The notes: generated from the sequence alone by a model not told the origin. Shown: positions 13,318-26,098, counted from the whole stretch's first letter. The stretch: DNA of 63,624 nucleotides, filler included, from Licmophora abbreviata (GCA_900291995.1; 13 parts of 13 records of this genome joined end to end with filler, not necessarily neighbours in it); one strand, 5' to 3'. Program-made: numbers and translations.

Positions 13318-14972
13318 ATGACATCTTTCAAAATGACTCTGGCGTCCCGACATATTGAACATTATCATCAGTATAGCGTCGGCACCATGGCGGCCGCCGT
13401 CGCCCTGTCGCCCTGCTGCCATAGCTCTCCCTCATGGTGCCCCCATCTCACCATATCTGATTCGTCTGTAAGGAGTAAGAAGATTCTGTTCGCAACTCTG
13501 ATCGGAGTTGCTTTGCTACAGGCTCGTTTCTTGAAGCCGCTTGCAGTTCAATTTCTGTGGCCTGATGACAGATTGGGTATGACCCCTAGCGTGACAAGCA
13601 AGGGATCTGCTGAGGTCGTTAGCGATGCGGGGGCAGAAAAAAGTGGAATTGAGCTAATGTCGCTCCTTCAATACATCAACAATACCGCTAGTATGCTACT
13701 GGACCCGCCCTATCCCAACTGCCTGTATCTGATAGAGAACAAGCCAGCTTCAATGGAGCATAACGCAAGCACGTCGCGCCCTCAATGGCGACAATCTTTG
13801 AATGATTACTGGAAACATAAGATCAGCTTTCGAAGGGCTTCCCTCAAACCCAACTTGAAGTTGCTTCAAGATGCGATGGACGTACTGGAGCAGAATGAAT
13901 CTCAATGGCCACGAATACATCAAGCAATTCAGACGGGTGGCTTCCCCGTCTTGATCAATTGGGATCGAGTCGACAACCTAACACAGTCGTGTGAGAACGT
14001 AGCACATGCCCCTTCGGATCCACGAGTACCTGTCTTTCGTCGAATGGCGTCACATGAGCTTGTAGGTCGACAGTTGGTCTTTCTCGTTCCAAATGCATAT
14101 ACGATACGTCAAGTCAAGGATGCATCAAGTAATGGACGAGGAAACTGGAGTCTCGACGACATCCTTCTAGACAAGGTAGCTCTAATTAAGAGCACTGAGA
14201 CTTTTATGTCGAAGATCGCGGAGAAGAACGCCAGTCTCGTGCAGGGTAAGTCATGAAATGGAAATTTGATGGAATCGTTGATCTTCGCATCCGCTCAATG
14301 GGTCGTATCCTGACTTACCCTTTGGCTGTAGACATGGTAGACATCTCGGACAAAAAGGAAAATCTTAAAAAGTACAAATTCATCATCGATCTCAGCGAAT
14401 TGGGCTCGTCGGATAATCAATGCCATGGATCAGTATTGTTGAAGGTAGGCCATGCGAAACAAGTATGCGATGCCCACGTTGATTGAATTCTGACAACGGT
14501 TTCACTCCTCCTCTCGCATGCTGTTTTACAGCTGGATCCACCCAATTGCATCGATATATTTTCGTCTACACTGCGGCCATGGGAGCACTACATTCCAGTC
14601 CGTCGTGACCTATCCAACGTTGTGGATATGATACACTTCGTAAGGGCACCCGAGAACCAAGCGAATGTGGACAAGATCGTCAGGGCAGCAAACTTGTGGT
14701 GTGACAATCACATGACTTATGACTATCTTTTGGAGAGCATGCTTGGCTCGTGGACGGCGTACTTGGCATACCTAGATGAAGCGAATGCCAATTGGCCATT
14801 TGTATGGCGAGAACGCAAGAGTAATTTTCTATCGGGTCACTTTCTGTCCACCATGGCGAATGCCTATAACCTACCTCGGCAAGTTGTGCATGAGATTAAA
14901 CGAGGGATGCGAGCTGATGAAAACGTTACAGTGCATGCTAGGGAACCATTAGAGGGGCCAATTGCGAAATAG
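13318..14972 (+). CDS. Divergent glycosyltransferase family 90 (CAP10/KDELC-like) type II membrane protein; introns 14246-14331, 14445-14531
   Basis: N-terminal TM segment. C-terminal KKYKFIID...GSVLLK...LRPWEHYIPVRRDLSNV...IVRAANLW is typical of GT90. Two phase-consistent GT-AG introns join the three ORFs. Start codon uncertain (13318, 13333 or 13387). Confidence 0.62.
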
Positions 14973-15210
14973 CATGTCAAATGACGTTCTTAAACTATCG
15001 TGGAGAGTCAGTCAGTCGCTTGGACGTCGAGTCGAGCTGGTCGGCTAGTAGATCAATGCCATCGATCGCGTCATTCGGCGAACACCGATCCGAACTCATC
15101 ACGACATCAAAAAGTATACCAGGTCCATGAGACGAACGACAGCGGCCGAACGACCTTACAACACCATAGGTAGGCTTCCGCTGTATAATCTTGATTCCAG
15201 ACTGTCCACA

Positions 15211-16787
15211 ATGGCAGTGGTGACCCGCCGTGCTAAGGCGGCTAAGAATTCGAGCGCCCAGGCGTCTCCCAAGAAGGTACCAAATTCAACGTCGTATCCA
15301 AAGACTCGCATGTCAATTTCTCCAATACTCATCTTGTCTTTGGACCTCTGCAGAAGAAAGACGACGGCCCAGGGAAGAAGGACATCAAAACCATGAAGAG
15401 TAAGACAAACACCAATGTGTCGAAGGGGTACTTCACACAACTTGCGTGGAACTTTCTCTACGAGCCAGTGGATCCAGTCAATTTGGCCATGTTTCGAATC
15501 TTCTTCTTCTGGTCTCTCCGAAGTTTTCGCCCCTATGATGTTCTCTTGAAATCTGGTTATCCTGTCAGTTCGCGCGTCCCGCCACTGGGATACGAGTCAT
15601 TCTTTCACCTCATTCCTATTTCAGCATCCACTACTGAACTGCTCTTGCCTGTCTTTGACTGGGCCTGCAAGTTTGCCATGGTGGGATTCTGCTATCAGCC
15701 TGCAGCGTGGATCGCCGCCATTCTTGCGACGTACCTCTTCGGTATTTCACAGTGTTTTGGAAACATCGATCCAAATCATCACTTGATCTGGTTTGCACTG
15801 GTGCTTGCGGCGAGTCCTTGTGGACATGCGTTGTCTGTCGATCGACTCATTGCTCGGGCCCTGCAACGAGCACCGAAGCTTCGCGCATCCTGGATCTACG
15901 GTCTCCCTCTCAAGCTGGTCATGCTATTGATGTCCGTCATCTACTTCTTTCCTGGCTACTACAAGCTTACCAACTCAGGTTATGACTGGATCTTGGGTGA
16001 CGCCCTTCGGAACGCGCTGCACGCCGTATGGCTCGACAAAAACGACGGCTTCAAACCTTTCTTTGCTTTTGATCAGTACCCGCTCCTTTGCAGGATCGGC
16101 TCCGTGGCAACGATTGCATTTGAGCTCTTGAACCCTCTCTTGATTCTTCACCCCAAGCTGCGTATCGTCGTTGCCATATTTGGCGTCTCGTTTCACCTGG
16201 CCGTCGAACTTTTAATGGGGATTCACTTCCGTCATCTCTTGTGGATGTACGTGGTCTATATCGACTGGCATGCGATCGTGCATATCACATTCCCAATTAT
16301 CCAGTGGATTGTTGATCGCATGGCGATACCTCCGAAACAGTCTTCTCCAAAACAGTCTGCGCGCAAAGGCATTGTCGTCGGCGCAGGCTTGATTATTGTG
16401 AATGTGGTATGTGGGTTTTGCTACTTTGACTCCTGGCCGATCGGGACCTATCCAACGTTTTCCAACAAATGGCCCGACAGACTTTGGGGCGTTTCTGTCT
16501 ATACCAGCGACGGAGAGCATGAAATACGGATCCCAAGGAACACGCTTAATGCTGTATTCCATGGCGGTCACAAGTGGTCAGCTCTGCAGAGACAAATGAC
16601 ACCAAAAGCGGTGAGCGACAAGAAGCGGTCGGAGCTTTGCGTGTCGCTACGAGAGGTAATGGAACCTGCGATCCCTGCTCTCCACAAGGAGGGAGCAAAA
16701 ATGGTAGCATATAAGGATTTGCGGTATGTGGATCCACTCAAGCATGATGGCGAACCGATAGAACGGCGACCGCTGTGTACTGTATGA
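15211..16787 (+). CDS. HTTM-domain (vitamin K-dependent carboxylase-like) multi-pass membrane protein; exons 15211-15276, 15354-16787
   Basis: Motifs NLAMFRI, SPCGHALSVD, IYFFPGYYKL...W..G, FELL.P.L...LR...G..FH....MGIHF and SWPIGTYPTFS. The intron 15277-15353 is in frame. Confidence 0.7.
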
Positions 16788-16842
16788 GGCAATTGCGGAC
16801 ATCTTAGTGGAATGTCTAATCAGCTTATACTAGCGCGTCATC

Positions 16843-19100
16843 TTATCTTGCTGAATCAATCTCGGAATCCTCATACTTCCATTTCTGAGCAAGACGTCGA
16901 CTTAGCATGTGAGACATGGCCATGGTCGTACACATGGGATTCGCTCCTGACGCAGTTGGGAACGTGCTGGCATCCATTACAAACATGTTCTCGCACTCCC
17001 ACGTCTCGCCATTCTCGTCAATAGCACCGGAGCTCGGGGATGCACTCATTCGACACGATCCCATCTGGTGTGCACAAAAGACACCGGCCTCGTGTGTAGC
17101 CATACCACGGCGCTTGATTTCCGATAGATACTCCTGGACTTGAATGTTGTTCTCGACTTGCGATATCTCTGCTCGATCCGAGTCGTGCCTTTTAGGTCCT
17201 AGTTGAATGCCTACATCTCGTGAATGCGCGGAAAGGATCTCACTCGCTCCGCATGCCACCAGAGCTTTCACGATCCCACTCAAACCTTCCATCATGCTTT
17301 GTTTGTCCGCTTCATTTAAAATGTAATCGACGTGTGGGTGGAAGCCATCTCCTCTTCCACATCTCACTCGACCTTCCGAAGAATCTCGTTGGAGCACAAT
17401 GGCTGGTAGACAACTCCGTGTTCGCAGAATACGATCTTTTACTTCCGATGGGGTGGTATAGGTCAGAACAGCTGCCAATAGACCAGTATGTGCACTTGGA
17501 CATTCCAGTTTCGCACCATACCCATCGTCTTTGGGACCCATCTGGAACTCGTTGCAAACTGTCGTCATAGGCGGGCCGAGGAAACAATCGATAGGTTTGC
17601 ATGAGTCATCAAAGATCCCGACGGCGGCAGTCACCGGATGAAGATGCAGATGTCGCCCGATGTGCCAATTCCGAAAACCCGATCGCTCGAGAAGACACGG
17701 AGTGTGCAGAGACCCAGCGGCAGAAATAACTCCCCACCGAGCATGTACAAGAAGAGTACGCCCGTCCGTGTCTGCAACGACACCCACAGCACGTCTTCTT
17801 TCTTTTCCGTTGGATGATACAAAGGACTCCGTCAGAACCCGCTGGACTCGACAATTGTCGATCAATTTAGCCCCATTCGTCGCGGCGTCGCCGAGAAACG
17901 TGCCTAGTGCATCTTTCTTTATGCCATATCGATCTCCAAAGCAAACGTATCCAGCCTCATCTCTCGCCGAACTGCGAAGATTCTGTCCTGTTGCTTTCCA
18001 TTCGTATCCCATCCGATCAAAACCCAGCTGAAGTAGCTCGTTCATCGGGGTGTGTTCCACACGCGATGTGTCACGACAGTCCATCGTCTCATGACGAAAT
18101 CAAGAGAATCAACAAAGTCCTGCTCATCTCCAAATTGTTGCAGGTTGTGCTGCTCAACCCACTCACGTCGTACATGATCCGGAGGAGGCAGACAACAGCT
18201 CCAATTGATCGTTGGTCCACCACCCAGAGTCGAGGCCGCCAATATCATCAAGTTTCCCTCAGAAGATGTCAATAGACCATGAGTGTCGTACATTGTGTCA
18301 AATGCCTCTGCTTCCAGATTGGAAATATCAGTGCGCGGAACGTAAGGTCCCTTTTCCAATACAATCACTGAGTAGCCTGCTGCGGAAAGTACGGATGCGG
18401 CGACAGACCCGCCGGCTCCTGATCCCACGATAACAACGTCGCAATCAAGTTCCGAATCTTCTGAGATGGTCAAAAGCGCTGCTTCGATGGATGTGATGTT
18501 CGTGTTCTGCAATCCCCTACGAATCATCTCCTCATCTTTCTCCGCGGTGATTGACCATTGATAAGGTCCGGGATACCCCACAGCCTCCCAGAATGGATTT
18601 TTTGATCTACGGTCGCTCTCAGTTGTGTCCACGGGAACAAACGAAAATGCGATGCCAAACACAAGTCGTTTCAAGCTATTGAATATCCGTCTCTTGTCCT
18701 CAAAGCGACTCTCCTGAAGTCGCTTGAGCGCTACCGTCTGTTCTGAAATAGACCACCGAGAGAAAGGTCGGTACGCCAATGTACCAAAGAGAAGCATAGT
18801 CCCCAGTACCGTTGACAAAAGGGACAGCAGCAATCGCAGCTGAAAGCTTTCACTGCTCGGAATTCGGTGTAGAATAGCCTCCCGCAAGGTGGCGAGGAAA
18901 TCAGTATCTTGGGAAAGATGATACTCCCAAAACTGTCGAACAGCGGCTCGCCTGGTTTCGTCCATTGCTTCGTCGCTCCATTTTTTTGGAGTAGATTGAG
19001 GTGGAAGAAGCCCATCAACGACACCTTTCAATGATGCCTCTTGACGCTGCGACAGCGCCAGTGAACGTTCCGGATTGTTGCCAGATTTTTGCTCCATCAT
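16843..19100 (-). CDS. Long-chain fatty alcohol oxidase (GMC oxidoreductase); 1-nt frameshift near 18084
   Basis: FAD-binding DVVIVGSGAGGSVAA..LEKG, LGGGPTINWS, GRHLHLHP, AHQMGSCRM and DASTFPTASGANP. The two ORFs overlap at 18042-18084 with no intron. Confidence 0.88.
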
Positions 19101-19332
19101 GGTCGAAATGGACGAAAGATATGGTTTGTGATGTGTTTTGGCGGGAAAGATCTTAATTCGGTGTCATGCGTCACAAGAATGTCATTTGACCCGGATATGA
19201 CGCACCTGTTTATGTTGCGACTATTCCTTGGACGTTTAGGCATCCGTGACTGTCAATCCGAACCCGAACAGGTCCAAAAGACGAAAAAAGCGAAACAAGT
19301 CATCACAAATCGACACCAACACGAACACGACC

Positions 19333-21053
19333 ATGAAATCGGATTACTTTCTTGTTTTGCCGCTGGCGGCGACGATTTTCAATCTCATTCTGGCACTGGC
19401 CTTTATGAAGCATGTCAAGGTCGAGGCACATGAGATTCCTGCACTACAAGAGTCGGTCAAGGTCTACAACTTGTGTGCTGCCGATGCTGATGGCGATCAA
19501 CAGTGCGGTGCTCCGTACAATCTATTGGACCGAGAGCTGCACGAAACGGGAGAAACATCACAAGATAGTGAAGAAGATGAAGTGGATCCGAACTTGCAAA
19601 AGATGCCAGGATACGATTTCATGGCGTACGTGCCACCGGACATTGCCACGTTCTACCGCGCCGAGCCAGGATCTCTCACCGAGTTGACTCCGAAGTTCAC
19701 TGGACAGGCAGGAAAGTTTACCAACATGAGCCCTGACAAGCTTGGTTTGTACTGGCATTCGGGTGCTAGATCCAGTCCGGGTCGATTCATTGGCTACTGT
19801 GGTCCTTGGGAATCATGCGGCACTGCCACATTCCCTGGACACGTATTCTTCTTTGCAAATCCGAAGCAACCCGATGATGAGATTTGTCGATTCAAAGTTG
19901 TCAAGGGAACGTCGTCGTACTTTTATGATCCATTTTCAGTGGGTGACGAACCGGCGCGTTGCATGACAGCAGCAGAGCCTCGCTCCTTGGACGAACTGTC
20001 CGAGAAGGACCGCACCGTGCTCGAGGCTCATCAGTACAACTTGGAGTTTGCTCACGCATACCGTGAATTCACCGGCGAGGAATGGCTCACCATGTACCCT
20101 CGCAACCAGCCGCGTCACAAGATGTGGCGCTCCGACTATCTTGGGCAGGAGCACACTATCGAGTCCAAGGAAACGCACTTTGTCGAGTTTCCGCCCGAAG
20201 AAGACCTCCGTAAGATGTCCATGGAAGACATGCGACGCAACGACACAAGTGACATTCTTCTGAAGGAGTACCGCATGCCCGATACTTCCTTGAACTTCAC
20301 TCTCAAGGCAGTTTCGTGTTCCCCAAGGGCCTTTGAGATCAGCAACTTCTTAAGTGACGTAGAAGTAGATCATATTTTGGACTTGGCTGTCCACAAGCAG
20401 CTGCACCTGTCGACGACCGGCACGAATGGTATGGCCAAAGCGGACTCCGAAACAAGAACATCCAAGAACACGTGGGTGGGTCGATACTCATCTCCTATTA
20501 GCGATGCTATATACCGCCGAGTCGCTGATGTTCTAAGGATGGACGAGGCCCTTCTACGTCATCGCTTTCGAGATGAGTACCCTCAGCTTGGTACCACGCA
20601 GCCTATCTCGGAAGACATGCAGCTTGTTCATTACGACGTCGGTACGTAATTTTATCGAATGAAAGGACTCCGTGATTTACAGATCCGTTTGTCGCTCATG
20701 ACACTCATACAATTGTTCCCTCTTCTTTATAATAAAAAGGCGAACAGTATACAGCGCACCATGACTTTAGCTATCCAGACAACCAAACTCCGGACAGTCC
20801 TTCGAGGTCCATCAATGTTCTTATGTACCTCAACGACGGCATGGAGGGTGGCGAAACTTCGTTTCCCCGCCCACGAAGTGCCGAAAGTGCCGAGGCGTTC
20901 GACGTTGTCCCCGAGAAGGGAAAGGCCGTCATCTTTTACATGGTGAATCCGGACGGAAACCTCGACGATCACACTCAACACGCTGCACTTCCCATCAAGG
21001 AAGGAGAAAAGTGGCTTTCAAATCTCTGGATATGGGATCCCGTCAAGACATAA
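19333..21053 (+). CDS. Secretory prolyl 4-hydroxylase alpha-type 2OG-Fe(II) dioxygenase with an N-terminal VHL-beta-like domain; intron 20642-20739
   Basis: Signal/TM at the N-terminus. SCSPRAFEISNFLSD.E.DH, RTS.NTW, spliced QLVHYDV|GEQYTAHHD (HxD), YLND..GGETSFP and QHAALP..GEKW. Confidence 0.88.
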
Positions 21054-21159
21054 CTATCATAGCAGTCGGGCAAGCGCGATTGTACAATAAGAGAAATCTA
21101 ATAACGCGTCTATCTTAAGTCTTGTATTCTAATGTATCACTTCGTTCGTCATCTATAGT

Positions 21160-23260
21160 CTATCGATTCATGGCCACAAGTTGTTCAAGACACACCGACT
21201 GCTTCAAGCTTGGTCCCGATCGGCCGTGATGCTTCTTCGGTTGCGAATCCTTGCTGCGTTCGGGATCGCTACAAAATTCAATGTCGGAAAGACTCAGAGT
21301 CCGCCGACTGTTATTGTCTCCATCCATCATGTGCGCATCGTGGTGGTAGCGTGAACTCAGCGTCTCCAAGTTCTTGGCACCTGCCATGTCAAGCGGCTTC
21401 TGGTGATGCTCGCTTTGGCCGCTGGTTTCTTCCAGATTCCCGCTCTTCATGAGCATGGATCGAATCAAGAAATAGTACTTGGCGTACTCACTCGCTGGTA
21501 CCTTGACGTTGAAGTTGAGCGCCTTGAGCAGAGCCAGCTCTAATTGATTGATTCGTGCAAGAGTAAACGACGCCAGACCCTCTTGACGACCGCGGCCGCA
21601 AACGTTGGAAAAATCGACATTCCACATGGATAAATCATCCCAAACCTTGCTGGCCAGTACCATACATGAAAGGAGAATCGACTTCCAATTCTCCGCCACT
21701 GGCGCAATGGTACCTTCCTTGATGAGTCGCTCCACGTAGATGAGCGACATGATGATTGTATCATGCTCCATCTGGGAACGACGATAGAAGTCTGTATAAA
21801 AGGCAGTAATGTCTTCCAGCGTGGGGATGTTAGGATCCGTGGGAAAATCCCAACGTTTGTCCCGAAAGATGGCAGCTGTTTCCGTGCAAGTTCCCAAGGT
21901 CGATACGGACGAGCCGCTGCCGTTCTTGGTGGACGCCTGCAGAATGTGCGCTCTATACACACCGCAAACACACTAAGAAAGAGAGAGAGAGACAGAGACA
22001 GATGACGAGATTTGATGAGATGGAGTTCAACTTCGCCCCTAACCCCCAGCAAGTTGAGCCCAACTTACCTTGAGAATGCTCCCAACGTCCGGATTCGCCA
22101 TGGTCGTTTTCACAAAGATACTTCCTCCCGTGTTTCGGCGCAAATGACCCTTGGTCGCCAAGGTTGTGCCATTCTGTTGGGCAATAGCGCCCACGTCCTC
22201 GGTAATCGGAGCATCCAGCAATCGTTCTCCCGCGAGTTCCGAAGTATCTTCCCGCGATTCTCGACGAGACGTGTCTTCCGGAGACAAGTCGAGCGACGTT
22301 GAATGTTCCATTTGAACAGCTCGACGAGTAGAAGAAGAAGAAGTCGGAAGAGGCGGTCTTCCATGGGCATCCAGGGCTGCACGGACGGGAACGACCATTG
22401 TAGTTGTAGTAACAGTGGTGGTCGTTGTGGTCGTGTGATGAACCTTCTTTTGAGCTCCAGTTTTGGACAATTCTGCCACCATCATTTCATCCATTCCCGA
22501 TATAGTGCGTGCTCGCGGCGCAGCCTCATCTGGTCGATCGGCTACTACGCGAGTAGCCGTCCGGAGAAGAGCTGTCGTGTGCGCATCATCTACTACCGAC
22601 TGGACGGGCGGGCGCTGCATCATGTGCGGCGAAGTCGACGATACACCCGGAATGAATTCCTGTCGTCGCAAACTGCTGTAAATATTGTCCTCCATTTCTT
22701 TGAAAAAGATCCGATCCTCTCGTCGTTTCTCTGCTTTGATACGTCGCTCCAGCGCTTTTAATTCGGCCGGCTAGTAAGCAAGAGCAAATGACCGTAGGAG
22801 GATGGCGGCTTGATTTGGTAAGTTGACAAAATTGAGCAAAACATTCAAGAATTCATCATACAATGCTCTCACTGACCTTCTCCCATTGTGTCTGTCGAGT
22901 GACAACATGGTAGTAATAATCTCTCCCAGAAATCACGTCGGTTGTCCTTTTCCAGGAACAGTGCTCCATGGAAATAGTGGACACTGCGGGAGTGGACACT
23001 GCAGACTGCACTTTCGTGGAGCGCGACGACGATGGTCTTCTCTCGCTAATTTTCTGCGGAGAGTTGGCCTCTTGCTTCTTTTGTTCCACGCGCAAGGTGG
23101 AAGGCGATGCTTCCCAAAAGGTGAGTTCCTGCACCAGGCGCTCTGCAGCCTCTATGGCATGCGGAGTAGCATCGCTGCCGGAACAAGCGAAGTCCTCTAC
23201 AAGCAAATTCCTGCGGCTAGAAGATGTCTCGGAACTCTCATCCTCCAACGCACAGAACAT
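21160..23260 (-). CDS. Cyclin Y-like protein with N-terminal WW domain; exons 23260-22877, 22770-22069, 21972-21160
   Basis: Cyclin Y box: IIMSLIYVERL, LASKVWDDLSMWNVDF, INQLEL..L..L.FNV.VPASEYAKYYF. The WW domain WKRTTDVISGRDYYYHVVTRQTQWEK|P is completed by splicing. Both introns are phase 0 GT-AG. Confidence 0.87.
21979..22001. repeat. (GA)n/(GAGACA)n microsatellite forming the polypyrimidine tract of a cyclin intron
   Basis: aagagagagagagacagagacag seen directly. Confidence 0.8.
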
Positions 23261-23666
23261 GCTCCCTAGACTCTGCTATGTATGCTGCCACTGCTTGCAA
23301 GTTGCTTATACACAAGAAAGCGAACAGATTGAGTGAGTCTCGATCAAGGCACCAGATTGTGTCGCATCTGCTTGCACTTTATGTGGCAACCACGTGAGCG
23401 CTGTGTGTGTAGCGGCAATCTCCGTGCAGAGAGTTCTGTTCAAAGTCTTAGCGCCCGTTGAGTCCCACTTCACTTGTGAACCTCGTAGCTTGTCGTACAG
23501 CCATACGACAACTCATCTAACAATGTGTCGCCTCGAACGATGGACTTTGATATGATATGTGGCAAGNNNNNNNNNNNNNNNNNNNNNNNNNNNNNNNNNN
23601 NNNNNNNNNNTTAATTAATTAANNNNNNNNNNNNNNNNNNNNNNNNNNNNNNNNNNNNNNNNNNNN

Positions 23667-23957
23667 ATTCTTCTTGTTATGCCACTCCAAAAAGAGCAAC
23701 TCAATCTCGTTCTGTACCTGTTCAGTCGAGTATGCGATTCCGCATTCGTCAAGGAAGTCACAGTGTATCGAGAGACCGTCGTAGCACTCTTTTAAGATGC
23801 GCTGCGGAGCAGCCTTGTTTGAGAGCTTTTCCGCAAATGACAATTTCTGATGTCGATAGAAGTCAGCGTACTTTCGTTGCGCAATCTTGCTTTCGGCCAT
23901 CGCTCGACGCACGACCTCCGTCAAGTCGCTGTGATCGACAGCTTCCTTCTTTTTCAT
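23667..23957 (-). CDS. Hypothetical protein fragment, 3'-truncated by gap
   Basis: ATG-initiated ORF (MKKKEAVDHS...) runs into the spacer. No recognised motif. Confidence 0.35.
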
Positions 23958-24129
23958 CGTTCTTTTTGTGGGAAACAGACGGCAATACTAGTAATTCGGC
24001 AGATGCCATGGACAGGAGAGGTGCCGAAGAGGACGAGACTGAAAGTTGAGATTTTCTTGGATTGTTTTTGCCGCCCGTAGGAGTCAGTACACTTCCTACG
24101 TACAAAGGCAAAGATTGGCCGGGAACCAT

Positions 24130-24149
24130 TTTTTTGGCGCGCCAAAAAA
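24130..24149. promoter_or_regulatory. Perfect 20-bp palindrome TTTTTTGGCGCGCCAAAAAA, E2F-site-like
   Basis: Palindrome seen directly. It matches TTTSSCGC on both strands and lies about 170 bp upstream of the 23957 ORF. Confidence 0.45.
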
Positions 24150-24481
24150 CAAAAAGAGATCATAGGTTTGCGGAGCGCAGAGCTCGAACGGTCATTGGAC
24201 TTCTGTGAGTTGACAGTTGACACTCTCGCGGTCATTCTGAAAGACCCGAACCCCATCAAGGCAAAGACGGCGCCGACGACGATACCACTCGACTACAAGG
24301 CACAACGACTCTTCAGAAACTTCTTTTAGCACCCTAGCCATTGCATACTAAAGTAAGCAAACGCGTGAATTGCCACTAAGCTAAAACATGAAGATTGGAT
24401 TCTTTACTGTGTTTTCTCAAGCAAAAAGCGACATTACCCTCCATACTACTTTATCACTAGACACCCACCATATTCGAAGCT

Positions 24482-25679
24482 TTACTCGGCTTTTTCTTCC
24501 GTTGCTTCTGGTCCTTCGTTGGCGCCATCTGCTTCGGCTGCTTGATCGCTTGTCCACAAGGTCAAGTTGTCACGCAGCAATTGCATAATAAGTGTCGAGT
24601 CCTTGTAGGATTCCTCGTTCAGCGTGTCCAGCTCCGCAATGGCGTCGTCGAACGCCTGCTTGGCGATTTGACATGCCTGGTCGGGGCTGTTGAGGATTTC
24701 GTAGTAAAAGACGGAGAAGTTAAGAGCAAGACCGAGACGAATGGGGTGGGTCGGAGGAAGGTCGGTAGAGGCAATGCCGGAAGCGGCCTGATAGGCGTCG
24801 AGCGCGGAACTGGCGCTCGCCTTGCGGGCTTCGCCGACCTGGAACTCGGAGAGGTAGCGGTGGTAATCTCCCTTCATCTTTGATTTGACAAAAAAGAGAA
24901 ATGACAGGAAGAGTGAGTGTTTGTATTCATTCTTCCTGGCGAATCGAAATTGAAAGGAGCAGTCTGCCACAGATGCGTACCTTGTAGTAGAACACCTTCG
25001 CCTCCTCCGAGGTAGAGTTGGGGATCAAGGACTCCTCGATGATACCAAGGATATCATTACAGATGTCGACAAGTTCCGTCTCGATCCTGCAAGAGTGAAA
25101 AACGGAGAAGGAAAAAATCAGAAGCATGAGTCAAAGGTACTTGCAATGTGCCGTAACGAAGCCGACCTCGTTCGTTCTGGTGTGACTTCGTCCACTACAT
25201 GAAGTATTCGTCGATCCTTTCTCCCTCCATTCCTGTCAAAAGTACTTACTTGGCCTTGTAGTCCTTAATAATGGCCATCTTGTCGGCCTCTCCCTTTTGC
25301 TCAATGGAGGTGACAACACGCCAGGAGGCACGGCGGCTTCCAATCACATTCTTGTAGGCCACGCTGAGCAAGTTGCGCTCCTCGACCGTCAACTCCTGAG
25401 GCTGACGAGCAACGTCCTTCATGTCGGTCACCATCTCATCGAAGCGTTCCGCCTGTTCGGCGAGCTTGGCTGTGTTCACAGGAAGGCGAGAGAGCGGAGC
25501 AGAAGAAAGGGTGAGAAGCACGAACCAGATAGTCTCATCTCGCTGTAGGCCTCGTAGTATCTTGACGTAAGATCCCGGGATTTATCGAGGACGACTCTTT
25601 TTCTTCTATTTCGAGCCAATTCTTTTCTGATCACAGCTTCAATCATTGTACCTTTGTAAACAAGGGAATCACGATCCAT
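24482..25679 (-). CDS. 14-3-3 protein; exons 25679-25652, 25469-25250, 25086-24981, 24877-24482
   Basis: [66 protein letters not shown] and [20 protein letters not shown]. Three phase-consistent introns. Confidence 0.97.
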
Positions 25680-26098
25680 CTTGGTTCAGAACGAGCGGCA
25701 AAAGTGCAGGAAATAGACAAGGAGGGCTTGCTGTTGAGGGTGTAATGTTGTGGGCAGATTGTCTGGTCGTCGCTGTGACTTTTTTTGTTCCTGCCTGCTG
25801 GCGTTCTATCATATCGCAGAGGCGAGGCTGCCTTGCAAAACGTCGTGGCACGAGCCGTTGCGTAGAGTATCTACTGACTGATACGTTAGGTGAGTGTCTC
25901 CTCGAGGCATAGAAAGATCGACCTCTTAGATTCAATCGAGAACCCGGATTTTATCGAGTGATTCGATTCTTTTCGAACTGAAAATCCGACGACCGATCGA
26001 CGCTGTTGGACAATGGCGATTTCTGAGGTTGTGATTACATCACCGCGACTAGACTACAAGCCGTTCCGTGTCTATTTCATCTTTCGATCTTGATTGCG

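Noticed and set aside
16843..19100. Alcohol oxidase, NKAP and GPR180 as pseudogenes
   Set aside because: Each has a single 1-nt lesion with all motifs intact and no other decay, so sequencing error is more parsimonious.
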